Positions 38,700-49,472 of a stretch of DNA of 64,000 bases are shown here, piece by piece. The number at the start of each line of letters is the position of its first letter. The first letter of the stretch is position 1. This DNA comes from Dipteris shenzhenensis (taxonomy: Eukaryota), in NCBI GenBank assembly GCA_047967505.1, contig CM106538.1; one strand, given 5' to 3'. The notes under the pieces were generated by a model. The model did no database searches. It was not told where the DNA came from and worked only from the letters and a program-made list of their open reading frames with translations. Made by a program: the position numbers and the translations under genes.

Positions 38700-41600
38700 G
38701 GGTCTTGGTTTCATTTGTTTCTATAAATGGAGATGTTAAGAAACTATCTAATGTGTTGTATGTTCCACAAATCAAGAGAAATTTGCTATCAGTCGCTTCC
38801 ATAACTGACCTTGACCACCATGAGGTGAGGTTCAACAAGACAGGAGCAAAAATTCTGGATAGTGCTGGCAATCTTGTTGGCACAGGCATAAGGAGGAACA
38901 ACCTGTATGAGCTAAGTGCTCTTACAGCCACCACTGGAGTGGGCACAAGCAGACAGGAGATGCAGAAGCAAGGTATGGTTGCTTACTTACCTGCAATAGC
39001 AAAAATCAAAGAACCGTGTGAAGCTTGCATGATGGGCAAGCAACAGAGAAAGGCATTCCCACAAGAAAGCAAGAATAGAGCAAACACTCCTCTAGAGTTG
39101 GTGCATCTTGACTTGTGCGGTAAGATGCATACACAAGCCTTGGGGGGATCTTCCTATTTTTTATTGATTGTCGACGACTATAGTAGGAAGATGCGGGTGT
39201 ACTTTCTTTGTGAAAAGGCTCAAGCTTTTGGTAAATTGAAAGAATGGCTATAGCTTGTTGAAAATGAAACAGGGAGAAAAGTGAAGAAAATCAAATTGGA
39301 TGGTGGTGGGGAGTTTGTTTCTACAGAGTTTGGAGATTTTTGCAAGAGCAAAGGGATCAAGCAACAAATGACGACACCACATACGCCTCAGCAAAATTCA
39401 GTTATTGAACGCCGAATGTGAACCACCATGGAGATGGGGAGGTGTATGTTGAAATGTGTTGGACTGCCAAACCACTTTTGGGATGAGGCTATCAATACTG
39501 TGATTTACATCCTTAATTGCAGCTATACAAAGGCACTCAAAGGTAAAACACCACATGAGGCTTATAGCCGGTAAGAAGCCATTTGTCTCCCATTTCAGTG
39601 TGTTTGGGTGTGAATGCTATGCGCATGTACCAGACAAAGAGAGAAACAAGCTACAACCAAAAAGCACCAAATGTATCTTTTTAGGCTATTGTGATGAGAA
39701 GAAAGCCTATAAGTTGCATGACCGAGAGGCAAATAAGATCATAGCGAGCTGCGATGTGGTGTTCAGGGAGCAGTCACATGCAGTGGAGGCAGAGAAGAGC
39801 TCTTCCACTTTATCCATCAAGCGAAGAGGTAATTCACTATGGACCCATCCCAGGAGCTATAAAGGAGGAGGAAATATCAGATGATGAAGGTATAAGTCAC
39901 CAACCTGTTGTTACACCATCGGAAAAGCCATTGCCACGATGGGTAAGGCAACTCTGCGACCATGATAACCAGATGCCTATGTCTGTTGAGCAGCATGCAG
40001 AGGGACCAAGGCGGTCTTAGAAAATTGAGGAGCAAAGGAGGGCTTCTGCTCATCGTCAATATGGCCTTGATGGCTGAGATTATTGCAGAAGTAGAGAAGC
40101 CTATGAGTTTGGAGGAAGCACTTGCAGACGAAGATTGGAAAAATGCTATGCAAGTAGAATATGATAGCATCATGAAGAATGAAACTTGGGAGCTAGTAGA
40201 CCGACCACCTAACAGAAAGGTTATTGGCACCAAGTGGGTTTGGAAGGTAAAGTACAAGGCCGACGGGACTTTGGAAAAGTACAAAGCCAGATTGGTTGCA
40301 CAAGGATTTTTGCAGATTGAAGGATTTGATTTTCAAGAGTCTTTCACTCCGACTACCAGAATGACCACTATTTGCACAGTACTATCAGTGGACTGCTCAT
40401 AAAAAGTGGCTAGTTTATCAAATGGATGTTAAATCAGCATTCTTGAATGGTGACCTCAAGGAGGACGTGTACGTGGCTCAACAACTAGGGTTTGAGGCAC
40501 CCCATTTTGAGAACAAGGTATGTAAGCTCAAGAAGGCTTTGTACGGGCTAAAATAGGCCCCAAGAGCATGGTACCAATGGATAGACAAATTTTTTCATAA
40601 ATTAAACTTCAAAAGATGTGCCTCAAATGCTAACTTGTATTTGTATAGGAAAGGTGGAAAATCTGCTATTATTGTTCTATATGTGGATGATCTCCTTATT
40701 ATAGGTGACTATGAGGACATGATCTAGCAGACAAGAAAGGCATTGAGCACTGAGTTTGGGGATTGAAGTCTAGCAAGAGCCAGGAAAGATCTTCATCTCT
40801 CAGCAAAAATATGCAAGGGAGATCTTGAAGGCATTTGGTATGTTCAAGTGCAAGGAGATAGCTATACCTATGGAGGTAAATGCGAGGTTATCTATGGAGG
40901 ATGCCTTACCACCAGCACGGGAGGTATAGGAAGTTGGTTGGAAGTCTCATCTATCCATGCAACACTAGACCAGACATCAGTTTTGCTGTTGGTGTTTTGA
41001 GCAGGTTCTCCAATAAGCCCCGAGAGAATCATTGGAATGCAAGGATGCGGGTGCTCAGGTATTTGAAGGGCACTCTTGATTATGGCATCACTTATGGTAC
41101 AAGCACTTCCTTGGTTGGTCATTGTGACTCGGATTGGGCTAGAGATGTTGATTCCAGGAAATCAGTTTCTGGATATTGTTTCTCTTTAGGTTCAGGTATC
41201 TTCTCTTGGATCAGTAAGAAACAACCAACAATGGCATTGTCTTCTACCGAGGCTAAGTACAAGGCAGCATGTTTTGCCGCTTGTGAAGCAGTGTGGCTAA
41301 GGAGGATCTTATGGCATATGGGAGTGCAAGAGGATGAGGCAACTATGTTGAGGTGCGACAATCAAAGTTGCATGGCCATTGCTAAAAATCCAATGTTTCA
41401 TGTGCGCACAAAACATATAGAGATTCAATATCACTATGTGCATGATTTGATTGAGGACGGGATAGTGGAATTGGTCTATTGTCCAACAGGAGCAAAATGG
41501 AGCAGATATCTTCATCTACAGAGGCAGAGTAGAGAGCCGCTTGTACAACATCTTGTGAGACACTATGGTTGAGGTGGATTCTGAGGACATGGACCTATGT

Positions 41601-42538
41601 CAGGAGGATGCAACAGTGCTGATGTGCGACAATCAGAGTTGCATAGCCATTGCCAAGAATCCAGTGTACCATGCACAGACAAGCACATCGAAGTTCATTA
41701 CCACTTTGTTCGAGAGCTCATCATCGACGATGTGATCGAGCTTATGTACTGCCCGACTGCTGACAACTTGTCTGACCTCTTCACGAAGGCACTTCCTCGA
41801 GAACAGATGGAGCACCTCATCAAACGAATGGGGATTGGCCCACAGTTGTGACATTGAGGGGGGGTGTTAGAAACTCAGTGTGCCCACCTGTGAGCCCCCG
41901 ATTTGAGGGGACAAGGGGCAGTGAGAGGTAGGAGGTCTGGGGAGAGAGAGACTCAAGCCAGCATCATAGGCAACCAGCACACAGGCTGCTGGTTGCAGCC
42001 TGCAACAGTAGTTAAAACAGGGCTTTAGGCCTCACATGGAGGCTCCTGTAGCAGTGCAGACTGGTTGCATAGGGCACCCTTATATAGGGACCTATGGCAG
42101 GCCAAGTCGGCCTAACCAGGGCCAACCTTGGTCGATTTTCTAGGGCCCATGTGGTCGGCCACCAGACAAGGTACTGACCCTGCTGGTCGGTCAATTCAAG
42201 GGGCCTGGGTAGTGCCTATAAAAGACCTACTCCTCCATTCATTCCAGCATCCAGTGTAAGACTAAAAGCCCCTCTCCAAGGCTATGTTCAGCACTTAGAT
42301 CTGGAGCAATTGCTGAGATAGAGAGTCCATCAATATTCTCCAGCACTTTGCTATGTTTTATACTGCTCCCTTGGAGCTATTTTTCTGCCCACCATCTGGT
42401 AATATACTCTCTTTCTCTCTCCATCCATATTTATTTTTGAGAGTGTTTTTTGCATCTGTGATCATCTATATGAGTTGTAAGAGTTGGAGAGATCTTGGGT
42501 GGAGGTTTGAGTGATTCATTCCCTCTTGATTTCTAACA
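38700..42538 (+). mobile_element. 5'-truncated Ty1/Copia element: protease end, integrase, RT, RNase H, PPT and 3' LTR (41865-42538)
   Basis: NVLYVPQIKRNLLSV, LVHLDLCG, WKNAMQVEYDSIMKNETWELV, LYVDD (about 40680), DSDWARDVDSRKSVSGY; G-rich PPT then tgttagaaa...tttctaaca (9-bp terminal IR); stops and frameshifts. Confidence 0.93.
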
Positions 42539-42540
42539 TT

Positions 42541-43700
42541 AACCCACTACAGTCCTTTTGTGAGTCTCATGATTTGAAGGTCAACTTGAGTAAAACTAAG
42601 GTTATGATCTTTAATACATCTCAAGCCGTCATGCATCAAGAGCAGTTCACATTTGATGGGTCACTTGTAGAGAGAGTTTCATCATACATGTATCTTGGGG
42701 TTTTCTCCGGACCCATCTTCACTATGAGACCAACGATGCTAGAGGATATGCTTCATTAGCTAGACTAGAGAGGCAGTGCTTATCAAATGGTGCATTGCCC
42801 TATCAGCTAGATTTAGATTTAGATGCTCGTTTGGGAGAGACTAAAATGAAATCGTTTAGACTTCACAAGCAGTTGTAGCTTGAATGAAGAGATTTGGACT
42901 ACTTTTTCATTAGCCTTCTCCTTTAGTGCTAGCCTTCGACATGGTTGAGTTTGCCCTTCACCTCCGGAGTGCCGACAAAAACTCAGTACGAAGACTTTGT
43001 ATAAATGGATGCTCAAGTATGTGTGAGTGTGTGGATTTGTATGTGTGAGAGCATACTTTTATACTATGGTCTACACCCACTCTTGGGCGTTGATGACATC
43101 AGTGGGGATGTCATAGTAGCTAGTCCTTGCTATGCGTGATGGAGTTTATGGTTTTTAATCTTATGAGCGACTCTCGTGAGATTAAAACTGCACTATGTTG
43201 TGTTTTTAGAGGATGAGTTTGGGACTGTTCCTAGATTCATCTAGGTATATAGACTAGAGAGGCAGTGCTTCTGCTCACATTTTAAAGATCCACAGACCAA
43301 GGGACTGCTTTTTGACTCCTTGGTCTGCCCAATGGGGATGTATGGCAGCCCCTATTGGGGGTCGGACTTGTTGGATAAAGAGTAGTATTGTGTGGAGCGG
43401 CATATAGGTTCTCATGTTATCATGGATGATTCGTAGTAAGCCATCCATTCTTCACCGAATCATTCAGGTCATCCCCATAACAGCTAGATGCTGAATTTCA
43501 GGTCATGATGTATCTGTACCGAGTCAGGGACTATGGGGATTAAACTTCTGGGCACAGCAGGCTACCATGGCAAGCACTATCCTTTTCTATGGCACTTTCA
43601 GTAGGAGGGACCAGAGATGCTGGTATGCACGGATGGTGTGAGCAATTGGGGCTCCACATGGATAGACTTCCTCCCTTCTAGTATAGCATGGATGCTAAGT
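42541..43700 (+). mobile_element. LINE reverse-transcriptase C-terminal fragment
   Basis: LQSFCESHDLKVNLSKTKVMIFN...VERVSSYMYLG, the non-LTR RT LxVNxxKTK and YxYLG motifs. Confidence 0.75.
42782..43249 (+). mobile_element. 468-bp insertion with 21-bp target-site duplication (SINE or LINE 3' end-like)
   Basis: tagactagagaggcagtgctt at 42761-42781 and 43250-43270; homologous copy in intron 2 of the CCCH gene. Confidence 0.85.
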
Positions 43701-43704
43701 AGGC

Positions 43705-44454
43705 ACTCAGGAAGGATCAACTTTAGGAACATCTTTAGAGACTCGGCATTGGGCCGAGAAGGTAGTTCACCTATGGGTGGACATTGAGGAGGGGTGTTAG
43801 ATATACTCAATGCCCCACCCTCCTAGTAACCACTAGTGGTCCAAGGTGCTCAAGTTGTAAGGCCCCCATATGAGGAGAAGCCATGTGTGAGCCCAAGACA
43901 CTAGATGGGGATCCTGACTTGCATGTTAGATGAGGTCTATCAATGAGACCGTTGATGGTAGAAAGGTGATTGTGTGGGAGCCCCTTATTCTTGTTGTGGC
44001 TTGGGGGCAGCTGGCCCCTAGCTGGGGGGTCCCAGGGAGGCCAACGGCCCCCCTGGTGGGGGTTTGGGGGGCGAGTGCCCCCGAGGCTACGGTATAGGAA
44101 ATATTCCTTGAATATTCCATGGACGACTAGTCGGTTCCACCAACTAGGTTGACTAGTCGGCTCCACCGACTAGGTTGACTAGTCGGTTCCACCAACTACG
44201 TTGATCCGACTACCACCCTCATAGCTATAAAGAGGCGACCTCCCTAGTCCATTGTATCTGATCTTCCAACTAGTAGCTCTTCACCTAGTATCTATCTAGA
44301 TCACCATCTAGGCTCCACTATGGGAGTGCACGGGTGGACGGAGCTATCATCTATACTACATCAGTATTGAAGGAAAATTTTGTTCCTCTCCAGTTTGCTG
44401 TGTACTCTCTATTCTTTGTTCAGGTTTTGTTCCGCTGCGTCGTGTAATTTAACA
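43705..44454 (+). mobile_element. Copia 3' remnant: RNase H end, PPT and LTR (43795-44454)
   Basis: ...EHL*RLGIGPRR*, gacattgaggagggg PPT, tgttagat...atttaaca termini, TATA-like tataaaa at about 44226. Confidence 0.75.
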
Positions 44455-44800
44455 CAATCAATAAGTGATAAGGCATAGATTAATACCACTGTTCGGCCAA
44501 CAATCAATAACAAGGCACAGACCACTACCTGGAAAGTAATAAGGCATGGATGAATACCAATGTTTGGCTAACAATCAATAACAAGGCACACACCACTACC
44601 CAAAAAGTAATAAGGCATGGATAAATACCATGTCCATAAGTTATGACCACATTGTAACAATGTACTTCATAGGTTATGACCTCATCATAACAACATACTT
44701 TCACATGTTATGATTACGTCATATTTGCACACTTTCACTAGTTGTGACACGTCATAATAGTGTACTTTCATGGATTATGACCACATCGTAACAGTATGCC
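44455..44800. repeat. Two adjacent minisatellites (about 70-bp and 33-34-bp units)
   Basis: aacaatcaataacaaggcaca.accactacc...aagtaataaggcatggat twice plus a partial copy; cata.gttatgac..cat..taaca...tactt five times at 44635-44800. Confidence 0.8.
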
Positions 44801-46039
44801 ATCATTGTACATGCTTATTGCCATATCTGTAGAAGGAGCTACAAGACAACATGATGAGAACAGCCCTCTTGGCCAACATCAATCAATAACAAGGCATGGA
44901 CCAATCACTATCACGCATTGTTAGGCACTGATAATGATGATGTTTCACACAAACTTGCATGCAATAGTAAACATAATTAAGTGTGATAAAGAAAATATAT
45001 GTGTTCATCCTGGAGGCAAATCCACAACCTTGAAAACAATATGGAATATCCCTTCCACAACATGGATCAACTTCTTGAAGCAAAGATAGAGCCAAACTTT
45101 ATGGCAAAATATGTTAGTAGTAAAGCTTGCCTGTGTTCACACAAACCCACATGCACTCTTTAGCACGATTGAGTGTAGTAAAGAAAAATGCAATTCAAGT
45201 AAATTTAACCTTCAAAATGATATAGATAATATGAGAGCATAATCTCAACTAGATGATATCAGAAGACCATCTTGTGCTCATGCTTGTTGGACATGGCTAG
45301 CTTATGCAAACCTATATAAACTACAAACCATAATGTGATTCATCCAAGTGCTTCCTCAACTAGAGCATGCAATCTTAAACATCTAATAGAGTAAACAAAT
45401 CTACCAATCAATATTAAAGGTTAGGCCTTGATAAATATCATATGATTCAAGGTTTGGAATCATCCTAGTGAGGGGAATTATGCTTAGATGAAGATCAATC
45501 ATGGAGCCTTGCACATCAAGCAAAATCTAAGAATTCTACCATAACAATATATGAGCAATGATACCAATGACATCAAAGTTTCCTATAGTTGCTATGCTCT
45601 AAAATATGGATACACTAATCCAATGTATCTTCATGATGGTAAAACCAATATAAGGCAATTGATCATGTATATTTGTAAATGATGTGGGAGAATCCAATCA
45701 ATCATCAGACTCATATCGATAACCACCATTGACCATTTGCATGTATATTAGTAGACAATATTTTATTCGTACTAACCATTGTAAAATAGTGAAACTATTG
45801 TCCATTTGATTACATGTAAAACATGAAATATGAGTACACAGCGATATATATGAAGGGGGGTATATGACTAACAAAAAGTATGTCCAAAACAAGAGTATAT
45901 AAGTATATGATTACAAAACCAGCATAGTTATATAATAAGATAGTAATATATATCTTTTACACATGTACCATGTTTCTTAGGTTGCTTAGGTGATGAATAG
46001 ATTGGAATGCAAAATTACCCACTAGAAGCTATCCACTTG

Positions 46040-46760
46040 GCCATTGCATGTCTGAATGAGAATAGTCTAGTCCATAATTATGGCATATATTCAATTTCAC
46101 CTTTCTTTGTTACCATGGACCTATCGACAAATTGATAGCTTTATGTATCCTCACATTGAATGTCTTTGGAAAACAATTTTGGACCGCAAAGGTCTCCATT
46201 TGCTGAAATGTTCCTGGATATGCTCGCCTAAAATGCCATGGGGGACTTAACATTCTCGACATACATTACCATATGCAGACACATAAATATACACTTCTTG
46301 TTGATTTTGTTCACCTAACATAGCCTTGGGCAAAAATGCTAGTAGCCATGTTTGTTCATATGAAGATTGACGTTGTGGTTACTGGGTCTCAGATTATTTA
46401 GATGTCATTTTTTGTCATCTTACTAGCTGCATACTGGGATTCCCTTTTGTTACATCTTTGATCAAATCTTGGCAATAAATTCTGTGTTATTTACATGGTC
46501 TGGTTGACCTCCCAATAAAGGGAACTCCTTCAGAAGCTAGAGTATTCATTGTGGTTGAGCCTTCCTTTGACTGCTTGCTTAGATCATCTTCGAAAGGCCT
46601 ATCATGTGTTGACATTGCCAATTGGGAATATACTCAATGCAAGATATTGTAGATGAGCATGTCATGGTTCTTTGTTTTCCTCGAGCACTCAAGGAATGGA
46701 ATTCAAGCATGCACCATTGCCTGATTTGGTGTGAGATAGTTACACTCTTGGAACCATTTT
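46040..46760 (+). mobile_element. L1-type LINE ORF2 fragment, degraded
   Basis: ICSPKCHGGLNILDI motif (about 46220-46265), typical of plant L1 sequence downstream of RT. Confidence 0.55.
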
Positions 46761-46794
46761 AGTTGGTACCTCCTCTTTTGGATGTTGATAGAAG

Positions 46795-47500
46795 TTACGG
46801 TGTTCTGATCATCAACAGGGCTTGGCTATCCTCTTTTCCCATTTCATCTCCTAATTGCTTCCAAGGCACATCACTTGCTTCTTCCTCTGCCTTGGGTCTA
46901 CCTTGGTGGTGAGAAACATTGAAAAAGTTGTTGAAGTCACCTGTCCTCGTAAAAGCCCCCAACCAGGTGGACTTTGAGATAGGCAAATGGTCTGTATCCA
47001 TCCACTCCACTAGTATGGCTGCATCTATCTGCTGCATCCTGGCTGCACTTCCTCTGAGGTGACTAACTGAACGAACTCTTAGATCCTCTGGAAGCATCCT
47101 GAAAGCTTTCTAAGCACCCACCGATTTGGGTCTACTCTAAGTAGAAGATTCACGAATTTCACACTAGATTGGGACATCGATTTGTTGTTTGTTGAGTAAT
47201 TCTTGTAGTTGGGTCAAGGCATCCTTCACTTTATCTGTGTTGTTGAAAGCGATCATGAGGGCATGGCGAAGGTGAAGCTTTAATCCCATCGTCGAGTTGA
47301 TGGTACCAGGCCACTGCTAGTCCTTGTAGTGAAGGCTTAATTTCCTCTGCTTGCTGGGCATCGTACCAATGGTGGTGATAATCTACAAAGTGATCTAGCC
47401 ACAAGTGAATTTTTTCCGCAAGCATACCAATGGATGGCTGGGGACGAACTTTCGAATCATGGCCTTGATTCAAAGTTTCCAAGACCGAGCAAGATTAATG
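46795..47500 (-). mobile_element. Gypsy gag fragment
   Basis: KIHLWLDHF...SLQGLAVAWYHQL retrotransposon-gag pattern. Confidence 0.55.
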
Positions 47501-47751
47501 GTAGACTGGACAAGCTCGAACATTATTATGGCCAGAGTGATCTAGACATGGGTGGACTAAGCGGGTTTTCTTGCTCATGCTCCATTCTTACAGAGTGCGT
47601 TTGAGCCGATTGCCAAAGAGTGATAAGCTACTTGGTAGAAAACGTGAAGATCAAGAAAGGGAAGAGCTAACAAAGGAAGAAAGGGCCCCTTGAGCTCTAG
47701 GACATAACCACATGGCATAATCGCTGCCAACTCAACCTGCTGACTCAGCTG

Positions 47752-48312
47752 ACGCGTGGACAGACACGTCACGATATGTGATAAATTTGAATTATGCTTT
47801 TTCTTTGCACGCGTGCAATGCGACATTGTGCAACGGGTGCTTTGAATGTGAACGATGCTCTCAGAATCACTTGGCCCGCAAGGAAAGTCTCCACAAGATC
47901 GCCGAGCTGCTGATTTGTGATTTGTGAAAATGAACTTGAAGTGAACGTGAAGACTGTGACGATTTATGATTTGTGAGCGTGAACATTGTGGCATTGATTC
48001 AGCACGGCCAAGATCCTCGCTAGATGTACAATGGCCGGCAAGCTTCGACTATATCGAAACATAGTCGTATCCCTTGAATATTCACTTTTATGATACAATG
48101 CGACGGTGCTAGGATGCAGAATTCTCGTGTAGGCATCCTGGAGGTCCACCGTCAGCTACAGATGTTTCATCCACATATCATCAGTACGTGTCATGCACAG
48201 TTCGAGCGAATACAACGCCGAACTGTATCATCAACATTCTCATCCTCCTTAAGCGTTACAGGCTCGGTTCCAGGCTCAGCCGCCTATATATGTTGGCTAA
48301 TTCGGACGTGTC
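47752..48312 (+). promoter_or_regulatory. Promoter of the glycine-rich gene: ABRE x3, CE3-like, RY core and TATA
   Basis: ACGTGTC at 48186 and 48306 and on the minus strand at 47763; ACGCGTG at 47752 and 47809; CATGCA at 48192; TATATAT at 48285. Confidence 0.55.
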
Positions 48313-48440
48313 GCCTCCAGTCCATTCAATCGTCTACAACATTTTATCTTATTTGCGGGCAATAGTTTAGATTGTCCGATCGTAAACGCATTGCCATCCC
48401 AAAGAGTTCAGCACAGCGTAGTGCATATCTCCATATCGCC

Positions 48441-49472
48441 ATGTTTCGTCCAGGCCACCATCCTCCACCCCCCGAGCCTCACCATCCACCCCCTCCCCCT
48501 CACCATCCACCCCCTCCCCCGCCTGAACTAGTAAGAGGGCCTCCGGGTCATGGAGGTCCTGGAGGACCAGGAGGTCCAGGAGGAGGTTTTGGAGGTCATA
48601 GAGGAGGTCCTGGAGGTCCAGGAGGAGGAGGAGGTCCGGGTGGTCCTGGAGGAGGTTTTGGAGGAGGACCCGGTGGTCATGGAGGAGGTCCAGGAGGAGG
48701 AGGAGGAGGAGGTCCTGGTGGTCCTGGAGGAGGAGGAGGTCCCGGAGGTCCTGGCGGTGGATTTGCAGGTGGACATAGTGGTCCTGGTGGAGGAGGAGGA
48801 GGTCCTGGGGGAGGCTTCGGAGGAGGTCTTGGTGGAGGCTTCGGAGGAGGACCTGGGGGTGGTGGTTTCGGAGGCCCTGGGGGTGGAGGAGGAGGGCCAG
48901 GAGGTGGAGGAGGACATAGGGGCGGCGGAGGTGGAGGTGGAGGACCGGGCGGAGGGGGATTTGGAGGAGGTGGACCTGGCGGAGGTGGCGGACCTGGCGG
49001 TTTCGGAGGAGGTGGCGGACCTGGCGGTTTCGGAGGAGGTGGCGGACCTGGCGGAGGTGGTGGCGGCGGCTTTGGAGGTGGAGGTTTCGGAGGAGGTGGC
49101 GGATCTGGCGGCGGTGGAGGCGGAGGACCTGGCGGAGGTGGAGGTGGCGGACCTGGTGGCGGTGGCGGTTTTGGCGGAGGCGGACCTGGTGGCGGTGGAG
49201 GTTTTGGCGGCGGCCCTGGCGGAGGAGGATTTAGAGGTGGCGGTGGAGGAGGACCAGGCGGTGGAGGCGGAGGGCCTGGCGGAGGGGGAGGCGGAGGGCC
49301 TGGAGGAGGGGGAGGCGGAGGGCCTGGCGGAGGTGGTGGTTTTGGGGGAGGCGGTGGTGGTTTTGGTGGCGGAGGCGGTGGACGTGGCGGTGGCGGTGGC
49401 GGAGGTGGCGGCGGTCGTGGAGGCGGCGGAGGTGGTGGGCGTGGCGGTTTTGGTGGCGGCGGCCATCACTAA
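48441..49472 (+). CDS. Glycine-rich protein with Pro/His-rich N-terminus (343 aa)
   Basis: ATG in gccATG context after a TATA box; MFRPGHHPPPPEPHHPPPP... then GPGG/GGF repeats and RGG at the C-terminus; varied GGN synonymous codons indicate this is the coding frame. Confidence 0.8.
   Translation: MFRPGHHPPPPEPHHPPPPPHHPPPPPPELVRGPPGHGGPGGPGGPGGGFGGHRGGPGGPGGGGGPGGPGGGFGGGPGGHGGGPGGGGGGGPGGPGGGGGPGGPGGGFAGGHSGPGGGGGGPGGGFGGGLGGGFGGGPGGGGFGGPGGGGGGPGGGGGHRGGGGGGGGPGGGGFGGGGPGGGGGPGGFGGGGGPGGFGGGGGPGGGGGGGFGGGGFGGGGGSGGGGGGGPGGGGGGGPGGGGGFGGGGPGGGGGFGGGPGGGGFRGGGGGGPGGGGGGPGGGGGGGPGGGGGGGPGGGGGFGGGGGGFGGGGGGRGGGGGGGGGGRGGGGGGGRGGFGGGGHH

Noticed and set aside
44635-44800. Regular 33-bp repeats as a CRISPR array
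   Set aside because: Head-to-tail diverged units without unique spacers, no cas genes, eukaryotic context
44900-45400. Possible Copia protease/pre-integrase remnant
   Set aside because: Too degraded to support from motifs alone
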